A DNA stretch of 64,000 nucleotides from Squalus acanthias. Its lineage: Eukaryota. This document shows, in pieces, positions 36,480 to 49,808 of this stretch. Location of the stretch: contig CM059431.1 in the NCBI GenBank assembly GCA_030390025.1, positions 148,864,001 to 148,928,000 on the forward strand. The letters are read 5' to 3'. A model generated the notes under the pieces. It saw only the letters and a program-made list of their open reading frames with translations. It did no database searches and was not told the origin of the DNA. The translations under genes were made by a program, and so were the position numbers. Position 1 is the first letter of the stretch; each line of letters starts with the position of its first letter.

Positions 36480-39400
36480 AATTTCCCTTTGCAAGGTCGC
36501 ACCAAACACTCCCGTGATAGATACAGCATGAATTAAATAGAGAGTAAAGCTCCGTCTACACTGTCCCATCAAGTACTCCCAGGGCACGTAAAGCAATGGT
36601 TAGATAAAGAGTAATTATTTCTCCACTTTGTCCGATGAAACACTCCCAGGGCACGTAGATCACTGGTTAGATACAGAGTAAATCTCCCTCTGCACTGTTA
36701 CATCAAACACTCCGAAACCAGGTAAAGCACTGGATGGATACAGAGTATAGCTTATTCTACAGTGTCCCATCAAACAGTCCCTGGGCAGGTACAGCAGGGG
36801 TTAGATACAGAGTAACGTTCTCTCCAAACTGCCCCATCAAACATGCCCAGTGCAGGTACAATCTCAGGTTAGATACAGAGTAAAACACCCTCTACACTGT
36901 CCCAGCAAATACTACCAAGGCCGGTACAGCAAGTTTTAGAAACAGAGTGAATCTCACTCTACACTGTCCAAGCAAACACTCCCAGGGCCGGTACAGCAGG
37001 GTTAGATACAAAGTAAAGCTCCCCCTACACTATCCCATCTAGAAGTCCCAGGGCATGTAACGCAAAGGTTAGATAAAGAGTAAAGCTTAATCTACATTGT
37101 CCCATCAAACAATCCCAGGGCACGCACAGCACTGTTTAGGTACAGAGTAAATCGCCCTCTGCACACACCCATCAAACACTCCCAGGGCAGGTACAGCACG
37201 AGTTAGATACAGAGTAAATCTCCCACTAAACAGTCCCAGCAAGCACTCCCAGGGCAGTTGCAGCACGGGTTAGATACAGAGTAAAGCTCCTACTACACTG
37301 TCCCATCAAACACTCCCAGGCCATGTAGAGCATGGGTTAGATACAGAGTAAAGCTCCCACTACATGTCCCATCAAACACTTCCAGGGAACGTGCTGCACT
37401 GGTGAAGGACAGAGTAAACCTTCCTCCGCACTGTCCCATCAAACTCTCCCACGATAAGTACAACGTGAGTTAGATAGAGAGTAAAGATCCCTCTATACTG
37501 TCCCATCAAACATTACCAGGGCACTTAAAATAATGGTTAGATAGTTAGTAATGCTGCGTCAAATGTCCGATCAAACACTCCCAGGGCAGGTACAGCACGG
37601 GTTAGATACAAAGTAAAGCTTCCTCTACACTGTCCCATCAAACACTCCCAGGGCACGTGCAGCACTGGTGAAAAGCAAAGTAAAGCTTCCACTGCACTGT
37701 CCCATCAATCAATCCCAGTAGAGGTAGAGCATGAATTAGATAGAGAGGAAAGCTCATTGTACACTCTCCCATCAAACACGCCCAATGCAGGTAAAGCACT
37801 GGTTAGATGCAGAGAAAAGATTCCTATACACGGTCCCATCAAGCAGTCCCTGGGCAGGTACAGCAGGGGTTAGATGCAGAATAAAACTCCCTCCAAATTG
37901 CCCCATCAAACACTCCCAGGGCAGGTACATCTCGGGTTAAATACAGATTAAAACACACACTACACTGTCCAAGAAAACAATCCCAGGGTAGGTACAGCAC
38001 TGGTTAGATAAGGAGTAAAGCTTCCTCTGCACAGACAAATGAAACACTCCCAGGGCAGGTACAGCACGGGTTAGACACAGAGTAAAGCTCCCACTGCACT
38101 GTCCCATCAAATACTCCGTGTGCATCTACAGCACTGGTTAGCTGAAGAGTAGGGCAACACGGTGGCATAGTGGTTAGCACTGGTGCCTCACAGCGCCAGG
38201 GACCCGAGTTCGAATCTGACCTCGGGTGACTGTCTGTGTGGAGTTTGCACATTCTCCCCGTGTCTGCGTGGGTTTCCTCCGGGTGCTCCGGTTTCCTCCC
38301 ACAGTCCAAAAATGTGCGGGTTAGGTTGATTTGGCTATGATAAATTAACCCTTAATGTTAGGGGGGGATTAAATATGTGGGGTTATGGGGATAGGATGGG
38401 ATATGTGTACTGTGGGGATTAATAGCAGGGACAGGGTACTGGATTTGGATGATCAGCCATGATCGTATTGAATGGTGGAGCAGGCTCGACGGGCCGAATG
38501 GCCTACTCCTGCTCCTAGATTCTATGTTTCTATGTTTCTATGTAAATCTCCCTCTGCACACACCCATCAAACACTCAAAGGGAAGGTACAGCACGAGTTA
38601 GATACAGAGTGAATCTCCCTTGGCACTGCCCCATCAAACTCTCCTAGGGTAGCTGCAGCACGAGTTAGATACAGAGTAAAGTTCCCACTAAACAGTCCCA
38701 GGAAGCACTCCCAGGGCATGTGCTGCTCTGGTGAAACACAGAGTAAATCTTCCTCTGCACTGTCCCATCAAACACTCCCACGATACGTACAACTTGAGTT
38801 ACACAGAGAGTAAAGTTCCCTCTACGCTGTCCCATCAAACATTACCAGGGCAGGTACAGCACGGGTTAGATACAGCGTAAAGCTCCCTCTACACTGTCCC
38901 ATCAAGCACTCCCACGGCACGTAAAGCAATGGTTAGATAGGCAGTAATGCTTCCTTCACATTTACCGATCAAGCACTCACAGGGCACGCACAGTTCTGGT
39001 TAGATACAGAGTAAATCACCCTCTGCACTATTCCATCAAACACTCCCAGGGCACGTGCAGCACTGGTGAAATGCAGAGTAAAGCTTCCTCTGCACTGTCC
39101 CATCAATCACTCCCAGTATAGGTACAGCATGAGTTAGATAGTGAGGAAAGCTCCTTGTACAATGTCCGATCAACACTCCCAAAGAAGGTAAAGCTCTGGT
39201 TAGATAAAGATTCAATCTTCCTGTACACTGTCTCTTCAAACAGACACTGGGCATGTACTGCTCGGGTTAGATACAGAGTAAATCGCCCTCTAAACTGTCC
39301 CAGCAAACACTCACGGGGCCGGTATAGCACGGGGTAGATACCGAGTGGATCCTCGTCTAAACTGTCCCAGCTTACACTCCCAGGTCCGGTACTGCACGGG

Positions 39401-40560
39401 TTAGATATAGAGTAAAGCTCCCTCTACACTGTACCACCTAACAGTCCAAGGGCATGTAACGAAACGGTTAGCTAATGAATAAATCTTACCCTACATTGTC
39501 CCATCAAACACTCCCAGGGCACGTACAGCATGGGTTAGATACAGAGTAAAGCTCCCACTACACAGTCCCATCAAATACTCCGAGTGCACGTAAAAATCAG
39601 GTTAGGTACAGATTAAATCATCCTCTGCACACACCCATCAAACCCACAGGGCAGGTACAGCACTACATTGACCCAGCAAACACTCCCAGGGCAGGTTATT
39701 CACGGGCTAAATACAGCGTAAATTTTCCACTACACCGTCGCATCAAACACTCCCAGAGCATGTGCAGCTCTGGTGAAAGACAAAGTAAAGCTCCCACTGC
39801 ACTGTCCCATCAAATACTCCGTGTGCATCTACAGCACTGGTTAGCTGAAGAGTAAATCTCCCTCTGCACACACCCATCAAACACTCAAAGGGAAGGTACA
39901 GCACGAGTTAGATACAGAGTGAATCTCCCTTGGCACTGCCCCATCAAACTCTCCTAGGGTAGCTGCAGCACGAGTTAGATACAGAGTAAAGTTCCCACTA
40001 AACAGTGCCAGGAAGCACTCCAGGGCATGTGCTGCTCTGGTGAAACACAGAGTAAATCTTCATCTGCACTGTCCCATCAAACACTCTCACGATAAATACA
40101 ACATGATTTAGATAGAGAGTAAAGTTCCCTCTACACTGTCACATCAAACATTACCAGGGCAGGTATAGCACGGGTTAGATACAGCGTAAAGCTCCCTCTG
40201 CGCTGTCCCATCTATCACTTCCAGGGCACGTAAAGCAATGGTCAGATAGGCAGTAATGCTTCGTCAAAGTTGTCCGATCAATCACGCCCAGTGCACATAC
40301 AGCACTGGCTAGATACAAAGTAAATCTCCCTCTGCATTGTTCCATCAAACACTCGTAGGGCACGTGCAGCACTGGGAAAACACAGAGTAAAGCTTCCTCT
40401 GCACTGTCCCATCAATCACTCCCAGTATAGGTACAGCATGAGTTAGATAGAGAGGAAAGCTCCTTGTGCACTGTCCCATCTAACTCTCGCAAAACAGGTA
40501 AACCAATGGTTACTTACAATGTAAAGCTTCCTCTCCACTGCCCCAGCAAACACTCCAAGC
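36480..40560. repeat. 67-bp satellite (cactcccagggcaggtacagcacgggttagatacagagtaaagctccctctacactgtcccatcaaa) with higher-order blocks
   Basis: Unit starts at 37576 and 37643. Diagnostic variant unit (cacgata.gtacaac) recurs at ~37450, ~38780 and ~40088. Confidence 0.95.
38152..38541 (+). mobile_element. HE1-type V-SINE (tRNA head, V domain, CR1-derived tail)
   Basis: A box tggcatagtgg (38163-38173), B box gttcgaatc (38208-38216), V domain gtgtggagtttgcacattctccccgtgtctgcgtgggtttcctccggg, CR1 3'UTR and (tttctatg)n tail. Confidence 0.9.
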
Positions 40561-40579
40561 GCAGCGAAAGCAAAATTGA

Positions 40580-43160
40580 CTCCGGACCAAATGAAGATTC
40601 ATAGCTTCAGGTCAAGCATGGGCAAGAAAACCTCCTGCTGCTTACCACATACCGCCCTCACTCAGCTGATGAATCAGTACTCCTGCATGTAGAACAAAAC
40701 TTGGAAGAAGCACCGAGAGTGGCAAGGGCGCAGAATGTACGCTGGATGAGGGACTTCAAGGTCCATCACCAAGAATGGCTCGGTAGCACCACTATTGACC
40801 GAGCTGGCCGAAACCTGTAGACATAGCTCCCAGTCTGGGCCTGCGACATTAGGTGAGCGAACCAACACGAGGCAAAAATGTACTTGACCTCGTCCACACC
40901 AAACTATCTGTCACAGATGTATCTGTCAGAGAAAGCCTTGGTAGATGTGACCATCGCACAGTCATTGTCGCACGAAGTCCCATCTTCAAACTGAGGACAC
41001 CCTGCATCGTGTTGTGTGGCACTACCACCGTGCTAAATGGGCATCCATGAGGCGCTATTGGCCATCCGCAGCAGCAGAATTTTATTACACCACAATCTGT
41101 AACATCATGGCCCGCCATATGCCTCACTCTAACATTACCATTAAGCCAGAGGAGCATCCCTGGTTCAATAAGGGGTGCAGAAGACCGTGACAGGAGCAGC
41201 ACCAGTCGTACCTAAAGTGAGGTCGCAGTCTGGGGAAGCTGCAACACAGGATCATATGCATGCTAAAAAGCAGAAGCAGCATGCTATTCACAGGGCAAAG
41301 CGACCCCACAATCAACGGAGCAGATGAAAGCTTTACAGACCGGCCTTATCCAGTCGTGAATCGTGGTGGACCATTAACCAACTAACGGGAAGAGGAGACT
41401 CCATAAATGTCCCCATCCTGAATGATGGTGGAGCCCAACACGTGAGGGCAAAGGACAAGGCTGAAGTATTTTCAACCAATTTCAGCCAGAAGTGCCGAGT
41501 GGATGATACATGTCGGCCTCCTCCTGAGGTCCCCACCATCACCGAAGCCAGTCTTCAACCAATTCGATTTACTCCACGAGATGTCAAGAAACGGCTGAGC
41601 GCACTGGATACAGTAAAACCTACGTGTCCCGAAGACATCTCGGGTGTCTTGCTGAAGACTTGTGTCCAGAATTAGCCGGGCCTCTAGCCAAGTTGTTCCA
41701 TTGCAGCTACAGAACTGTCATCTATCCGACAATGTGAACAACTGACCAGGTATGTCCTGTCCACAAAAAGCAGGACAAATCCAAACCGGCCAATTAACGC
41801 CACATCAGTCTACTCTCAATCATCAGTAAAGTGAACGAAGGTGTCATCGACACTGCTATCAAGCATCAGAAATAACCTGCTCACTGAAGCCCAGTTTGGG
41901 TTCCGCCCAGATCACTCGGCTCCCGACCTCATTACAGCCTTGTTCCAAACATGGACAAAGCAGTTGAATTCCAGAGGTGAGGTGAGAGTCACTGCCCTTA
42001 ACATCAAGGCAGCTTTTGACCGAGTGTGGCATCAAGAATCCAAGTAAAACTGAAGTCATTGGGAATCAGGCGGTGAAATCTCCACTGGCTGGAGCCATAC
42101 CTAGCACAAAGAAAAATGGTTGTGGTGGTTGAAGGTCAATCATCACAGCCCCAGGACATCGCTGCAGGAGTTCCAAGGGCAGTGTCCTAGGCCGAATCAT
42201 CTTCAGCTGCTTCATCAATGACCTTCCATCCAACAAACTGTCAGAAATGGGGATTTTCGCTGATGACTGCATAGTGTTCAGTACCATTCACAAATCCTCA
42301 GATTATGAATCAGTCCATGCCCGCATGCAACAAGACCTGGAGACGTTGAGCCTTGGACTGATAAGTGGCAGATAACATCCGCGACACAAAACTGAGAGGC
42401 AATGGCTATCTCAAACATGTGAGTGTCTAACAACCTCCCCTTGTTATTCAACTGCGTTACCATCACAGAATCCCCAACCATCAATAGCCTGTGGTCACCA
42501 ATTACAAGAAACTTAACTGGATCAGCCATATAAACACTATGGCAACAAGAGCAGGTCAGAGGCCAGGTATTCTGCGGCGAGTGTCTCGCCTCCTGACTCC
42601 CCAAAGACTTTCCACCATCTACAAGCCACAAGTAAGGAATGTGATGGAATACTCTCCACTTGCCTGGATGGGTACATCTCCAACAACAGTCAAGAAGCAC
42701 CACGTCATCCAGGACAAAGCAGCCCGCTTGGTTGGCAGCCTATCAACCAATTAAACATATCACTACCTCCACCACAGCGCACCGTGGCTGCAGTGTGTTC
42801 CTTCTATGAGATGCACTGCAGCAACTGGCCAAGGCTTCTTCGGCAGCACCTCCCAAACCCACGAACGCTTCCATCTAGAAGGACAAGGGCAGCAGGCGCA
42901 TGGGAACACCACGACCTCCAAGTTCACCTCCAAGTCAAACCTCATCGTGATTTAGAAATATATCGCCGATCCTTCATCATCGCTGGTTCAAAATCCTGCC
43001 ATTCCCTCCCGAATAGCACTGTGGCAGTACCATCACCACACGGACTGAATTGGTTTAAGAAGGCGGCTCACCACAACCTTCTCGAGGCGATTAGGGATGG
43101 GCAATAAATGCTGGCCTTTCCAGCGACGCCCACATCCCATAAACGAATTTGAAAAAAAGT
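40580..43160 (+). mobile_element. LINE of a second CR1/L2-group family (EN-RT, degenerate)
   Basis: EPTRGKNVLDLV, AQFGFRPDHSAPD...ALNIKAAFDRVWH, FADD at ~42256; tail caataaatgctggcc...cccacatccca. Confidence 0.9.
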
Positions 43161-44747
43161 TCTGCCCCTCCGACAGTGCAGCGGACACTCAGTATCGCCC
43201 CTCCCACAGTGCAGCGCTTCCTCCGTACTGCCCGTATGACAGTGCTGCGCTCACTCAGTACTGCCCCTTAGACATTGAAGTGCTCTCTCAGTACTGCATT
43301 TCCGACAGTGCAGCACTCCCTCACTACAACCCTCCGACAGTTTAGCGCTCGCTCTGTCCTGCCACTCCGACAGTGCCGTGCTCCCTCAGTACTACCCCTC
43401 CACCAATGCAGCGCTCCCTCATTACTGACCATCTGACAATGCAACGCTCCCTCAATACTGACCATCGTCCAGTGCAGCGCTCCCTCAGTGCTGCACCTCC
43501 GACAGAGCAGCGCTCCCTCAGTACTGATCCTCCGAAAATGCAGCTCTCCCACAGTACTGCCCCTCTGACAATGCAGAGCTCCCTCAATACTGCCCCACTA
43601 ACAGTGCAGCTCTCCGGCATTGCTGCGCCTCTGACACTGCACCGCTCCATTACTACTGCCCCTCCGACAGGGCAGCGCTCCCTCAGTACTGCCCAACAGA
43701 CAGTGCGGCACCTCCTCAGTACTGCCCCACCGACAGTGTAGCGCTCCCTCAGTACTGTCCCTCCGACATTGCAGCGTTCCTTCAGTACTGCCCCTGACAG
43801 TGCAGCGCACCCTCACTACTGCCTCTCCGAACGTGCAGTGCTCCCTCAGTACTGCCCCTCTGATAGTGCAGTGCTCCCTCCGTACTGCCCCCTGACAAAG
43901 CAACGCTAACTGAGTACTGCCCCTCCCACAGTACAGCTCTCCCTGAGTAATGCCCCTCCGACAGTGCAGTGATCCTTCATAACTGCCCCTCTGACAGTGC
44001 AGCGCTCACTCAGTACTTACCCACCAACAAAGCAGTGCTCACTCAGTACTGCCCAACCGACAGTGCAGTTCTCCCTCAGTACTGCCCCTCTGACAATGCA
44101 GCGCTCCCTCAAGTTGCCCCTCCGACTTTGCATCTCTCCCTTTTTACTGTCCCTCCTACAGTGCAGCGCTCCCTCAGTCCTGATCCTCTGACAATGCAGA
44201 GCTCCCTCAGAACTTCCCCTCCAACAGTGCAGCGCTCCCTCAGTACTGATCCTCCGACAATGCAGTGCTCCCTCAGTACTGCCCCTCCGACAATGCAGCT
44301 CTCCCTCAGTACTTCCCCTCGGACAGGGCAGAGCTCCCTCAATAATGCCCCTCACAACAGCGCAGCTCTCCCTCTGTACTGCCCCTCCGACAGGGCAGGG
44401 CTCCCTCTGTATTTCCCCTCCGAAAGTGCGGCAATCATTTAGTACTGACCCTCCGAAATTGCAGCGGTCTCTCAGTACTGCCCCTCTAACAGTGCAGCGC
44501 TCAATCAGTACTACCCCTCCGACAGTACAGCGCTCCCTCGGTACTGCCCCTCTGACAGTGCAGTGCTCCATCAGTACTGTTCCTCTGACAATACAGCGCT
44601 CCCGCAATACTGCTCCTCCGACAGTGCGACACTCCCTCAGTAAAGCCCCTCCGACAGTGAAGCGCAATCAGTGCTGCCCCTCTGATAGTACAGCGCTCAC
44701 TCGGTACTGCCACACTGACAGTGCAGCGCTCCCTCAGTACTGCCCGA
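43160..44747. repeat. 33-bp minisatellite (same unit as 4815-5510), about 48 copies
   Basis: ccgacagtgcagcgctccctcagtactgcccct units. Confidence 0.95.
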
Positions 44748-45089
44748 ATAGTTTCTATTGAAGCGAGGGCTTTATGGGATGGACGTACCAATGCCGATCG
44801 GGCCTGGATCTGTTCCTCCACCTTAGGGATTTGCCACCAAAGGGCACCGGGAACGATGTCCATGGTCAGGTTATGGGTGAGTTGGAGCCAGGACAGGATG
44901 AGTCCAAATGAAGGAGGCCCATCTCTGGCCTGCTCCGGCCAGTGACGTATCTCCTGAAACACGGGTCCTGCGATACTTGATTTAGATTGTTGCATTCAAG
45001 GTTCATGGAGAGCAGATAGAGAAGCTTCCTGATAGTCATAGTCAGCATCGAGTATTTCACGGGCATATACAGCACTGGTTGGATATTTT

Positions 45090-45425
45090 ATAGAGCGCCC
45101 TGTACATTACCCTGTGTCCCCACTTCATACCCAGTGTCACATCGAGGGCTCCCAGGGCACAGGTTAGCTACAGTGTAGGACTCCCTCTACATTTCACTCT
45201 CAGTGTGTACCCACTTTATACCCAGTGTCAGCAGCGAGCGCTCCCAGGGCAGGTACAGCACGGGTTAGAAAGAGTGTAGAGCTCCCTCTGCATCACCCTG
45301 AAAGTGTGTCCCCAATTTATACCCTGTATCATTATCGAGCGCTCCCAGGTAAGGTGCAGCACGGGTTAGATACAGTGTACAGCTCCCTCTACATTACCCT
45401 GATATTGTGTGCCCACATTATACCC
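45090..45425. repeat. Longer-unit (~90-bp) variant of the 67-bp satellite
   Basis: ctcccagggcaggtacagcacgggttaga core plus an extra cccactttatacccagtgtc segment. Confidence 0.75.
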
Positions 45426-46282
45426 AAAGTCAGTTAGAACAAAGGTGACTGCTGGAAACGTGCTGTCAAATCAGAGGTTGGTGTAAAATTGTGATCTGTT
45501 CCTGACTGAAATTGAAACAGGTTTCAGCTTCCAGTCTAAAAATGACTGGTAATTAATCCATGAAGACTTAATTTGTTTCTGCGACAGTCCTGGGTCTACC
45601 ATTTTAAGGCAGGTGTTAACTCATTTAAAACAATCTCCTTACAAATTGCTTAAAGTCTGTATTAACATCGCAGACGGAAGAGTTCACAGGTGCCTTTTAA
45701 CTGCTGGTACAATTACACAACAACATTTGAACACCAATTAAAGAAGGACTTGCAACGTGTTTCCAGGAATTCCCTGCTTTAGTAATGTGTGCGTGTTAGA
45801 CACCAAGCTAACTAAAAATACACGACATGGAATATCCACTGCAGTGGTATCCCGAAAGTTACTCTGGGATCACTCCCGCTCCGGAACTGCACCACTGACC
45901 CTGCTGAAGTTTGTAGGCTCAGGGAGTGGGTCATCCAGGAGTGGACAGTAAGAAAGCTGAAGTCCGGTATCGTGACAAATATACGGCGAGGAATTAGATA
46001 AATCCTTAAAAAGGAACCATCTGGGGTTTTACCTGCCAGCGTAACTCCAGGGGTGAATGTTTCCCGACTCCCCGAACTGTCTTACATTGAACCCAGTTCA
46101 TATCAAGAAGGATTCAGTTTACCAGAGAATAGGGACAAATATCACCACAAATGAGGGAGACAAGAGCTGCAATTAGAGAATCTAAGAGATCTTTGGGAAA
46201 TAAAATGGTGCACAATTGTGGTATTAATAGCAAAAGCATTTCCAGCGGCCTCAGGATTCAGAAAGCATAATTACACAGGGTT

Positions 46283-48450
46283 ACATAGAAACACATCGAT
46301 TCTGCAGCACAGGAAGAGACCATTCGGCCCAACTGCTCTGTGCCAATGTTCATGCTCCACACAAGGCTCCTCCCACCCTCTTCTTTTAACCCTATTAGTA
46401 TAACCTTCTATTCCTTTCTCCCTCATGTGTTTATCGAGCTTCTCCTTAATAACATAAGAAAATAAGAAATTGGAGCAGGAGTATGCTTATTTGGACTTCT
46501 AGCATGCTCCGCCATTCAATCAGATCCTGGCTGATCTTCTATCTCATCTTCACTTCCCTGTACTATTCCCGTATCCCTTGATTCCATTAATATTCAAAAA
46601 TCGGAAGATCTCTGTCGAATAAATTCAAAACCTGAGCCTCCACAGCCCTCCGGGGTAAAGAATTCCAAAGATTCACCATCCTTAGTGAAGAAATGTCTCC
46701 TCATCTCAGTCCTAAATGGCGACCCCTTATTCGAAGACTGTGATCCCTGGTTCTAGACTCCCCAGCCAAGGGAAACATCCTCCCTGCATCTACCTCTTCA
46801 AGCCCTGTAAGAATATTGTATGTTTCAATGAGATCACCTCTCATTCTTCTAAACTTCATGAATATAGGAGTAGTCTGCTCAATCTGACCTCATAGGTCAA
46901 TCCCCCATCCCAGGAACCAATCTGGTGAACCTTCGTTGCACTCCCTCTGTAGCATGTATATCCTTCCTTAGGTAAGGAGACCACAACTGTACCCAATACT
47001 CGATGTGTGGTGTAACCAGGGCCCTATATAATTGCCGTAATCGCCTTTACTCTTATACACAGATCCTCTTGTAATAAAGGCCAACATACCATTTACTTTC
47101 CTAATTGCTTGCTGTACCTGCATGCTTCACTGATTCGGGTACAAGGACAAATGCATCGATGTTACTGGCCTCAATCACTCCCTGTGGTAGCGAGTTCAAC
47201 ATACTCACCATTCTCTGAGTATAGATGTTTCTCCTGAATTCCCTATCGGATATATGAGTGACTATCTTATATTGATGTCCTCTAGTTTTAGACTCCCACA
47301 AGTGGAAACATTTTCTCCACGACCACCCATTGTAACATTTTCATAATCTTAATGACGTTTATCAGGTCACCCATCAGCCTTCTCTTTTTTCTAGATAAAA
47401 GAGGCCCAGCCTGTTCAGCCTTTCCTGATAAGTATATCCTCTCAGTTCTAGGACCATCCTTGCTAATCTTTCTACCACCTTCTCCAGTGCTTCTATATCA
47501 GAGGAAACAGAGGAGGCTGACGGGAGACCTAATTAAGCTGTATAAAATTATGAGGGGCCTAGATAAAGTGGATAGGAAGGACCAATTTTTCTTAGCAGAA
47601 TGGTCAACAACCAGGGGCATAGATATCAAGTAATTGGTAGGACGTTTAGAGGCGATTTGGGAAGATGTATTTGTACCAAGAGGGTGGTGGGAGTCTGGAA
47701 CTCACTGCCAGAAAGGGTGGTAGAGGCAGAGTCCCCCGTCGTATTTAAAAAGTACTTGATATGCATTTGAAGTGCCATAACCTACAAGGCTACGGTCCAA
47801 GTGCTGAAAACTTGGATAAGATGGATAGCTATTTGTCGGCCAGCACGGACAAGATGGGCTGAATGGCCTCCTTCCGTGCATTAAATTTGTATGATTCTTT
47901 TAATAAGATGGAGACCAGAACGGCACACAATGCTCCAGATCTGGCCTAACCAGGGGTTTGTACAAGTTGAACATAACTTCTCTGCTATTCAGTTCTATCC
48001 CTGTAGAAATGAATCCCAGCACAATGTTTGCTTTTTTATGACCTTATTAACCTGCGTTGCTACTTCTAGTGATTTGTGTATTTGTACCCCTAGATCCCTT
48101 TGCTCCTCCACCCCATTTAGTCTCTTAATATCCAAGCAGTGTGTGGCCTCCTTATTCTTCCTACCAAAATGAATCTACTCACACTTACCTATGTTGAAAC
48201 CCATTTCCCAATTACACTCCCATTCTGCAAGTTTATTAATGTCTTCTTGCATTGTGTCACGGTCTTCCTCAGTATTAACTATAACTCCCAATTGGTTTTC
48301 ATCGACAAATCTAGAAATTGTACATCCTATTCCCGAGTCCAAATCATTTATGTAAATTTGGAACAGCAGTTGTCCCAGCACAGTTCCTTGTGCAACAACA
48401 ATTCCCACCTTTTGTCAGGCCAGAGTAGCTACTCTCTGTTTTCTGTTTTG
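46283..48450 (-). mobile_element. Nested CR1 cluster: an older minus-strand CR1 interrupted by a minus-strand CR1 (46451-47150) and a plus-strand CR1 3' end (47500-47895)
   Basis: Three separate CR1 3' tails; the host element's sequence resumes after each insert. Confidence 0.8.
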
Positions 48451-48472
48451 TAACCAGCTTGCTATCCATAAA

Positions 48473-48675
48473 AGTATGTCCAATCTACAAGATGACCAAG
48501 GTCAGACCGTGTGGTGTGAAGGGCAAGGCAGCAGAATGGATGGAAAAAAGGTTGCAAAACAGAAATCAGAGGGTTGGAGTTAAGGGAAGTGTGTTGCCAT
48601 CTTTCCATCCATTCTGCGATCTGGCCTTTTAGTCCTCATGGCCTGACATTGGTCATCTTGTAAGACCTCACATAC
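48473..48675. repeat. Imperfect ~200-bp inverted repeat made of a CR1-like fragment
   Basis: tacaagatgaccaa (48486-48499) pairs with ttggtcatcttgta (48649-48662); gcagaatggatggaaa (48531-48546) pairs with tttccatccattctgc (48602-48617). Confidence 0.8.
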
Positions 48676-48834
48676 TGCAGACACAGAGCATTAATGGTGG
48701 AGGGGAGGATATTGAGAACTGTGGCAGGGGCCTGGGATTGTATGAAGGGACAGTGTAGAGGCATATTTTATCTGTAAATGAACCCGTACTGTACCTGTCC
48801 TGCGCGTGTTTGGTGGGACAGTGTAGCTGGAGCA

Positions 48835-49805
48835 GTGTTATAGAGATATACCAGCAGAGGGAGGCAGAGAGAAGGGTGCAACTGATTGTGGAGTGATATC
48901 AAGAGAGACCAGCAGAGGAAGGCAGGCAGCAGTGTGTAACTTAATGAGCAGTGATACAGAGAGATCCCAGCAGAGGGAGAGAGAGATAAAGGTGTAACTA
49001 ATTACTGTGATACAGAGAGACAGCAGCAGAGTTCGTTGGATAAAGTTGAGTATGAGTACTGTGAAACAGAGAGAAACCAGTAGAGGGAGATAAATAAAGG
49101 TGAGACTGCGTACTCTGATACAGAGAGGCACCAGCAGAGGGAGATTGATAAAGGTGAGACTATGTAGAGTGAAACAGAAAGATACAAGCACAGGGAGAGA
49201 GATAAAGGTGACATTGAGTGTGCTGTGATACAGAGAGATCGCAGCAGAGGGAAATAGATAAAGGTGAGACCGAATACAGTGATACAGAGAAACACCAGCA
49301 GAGGGAGTAGATAAAATGAGACTGAGTACTGTGATACAGAGAGCAACCAGCAGAGGGAGATAGATAAAGGTGAGACTGAGTACTGCAATAACGAGAGACA
49401 CCAGCAGAGAGAGATGGATAAAGGTGAGACTGAGTACTGTCGGTGATATAGAGAGACACCAGCTGAGGGAAATAGATAGAGATGGAACTGAGTGCTGTGA
49501 TACAGAGGGACACCAGCAGAGGGAAGTAGATAAAGTTGAGACTGAGTACTGTGATACAGAGAGACACCAGCAGAGGGAAAAAGTTAAAGGTGAGACTGAG
49601 TGCTGTGATACAGAGAGGCACCAGCAGAGGGAAATAGATAAAGCTGAGACTGAGTACTGTGATGCAGAGAGACACCAGCAGAGGGAGATGCATAAAGCTG
49701 AGACTGAGTACAGTGATACAGAGAGACACCAGCAGATGGAGATAGATAAAGTTGAGAGTGAGTACTTTGATACAGAGAGGCACCAGCTGAGGGAGATTGA
49801 TCAAG
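48835..49805. repeat. 54-bp tandem repeat (gagactgagtactgtgatacagagagacaccagcagagggagatagataaaggt)
   Basis: Visible periodicity; gives 18-aa repeat ORFs. Confidence 0.92.
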
Positions 49806-49808
49806 GCA

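Noticed and set aside
38152..38225. tRNA gene
   Set aside because: The A/B boxes are the head of an HE1 SINE that continues into a V domain and a CR1 tail.
36480..40560. CRISPR-like array
   Set aside because: Vertebrate DNA; units are contiguous tandem monomers with no unique spacers and no cas genes.
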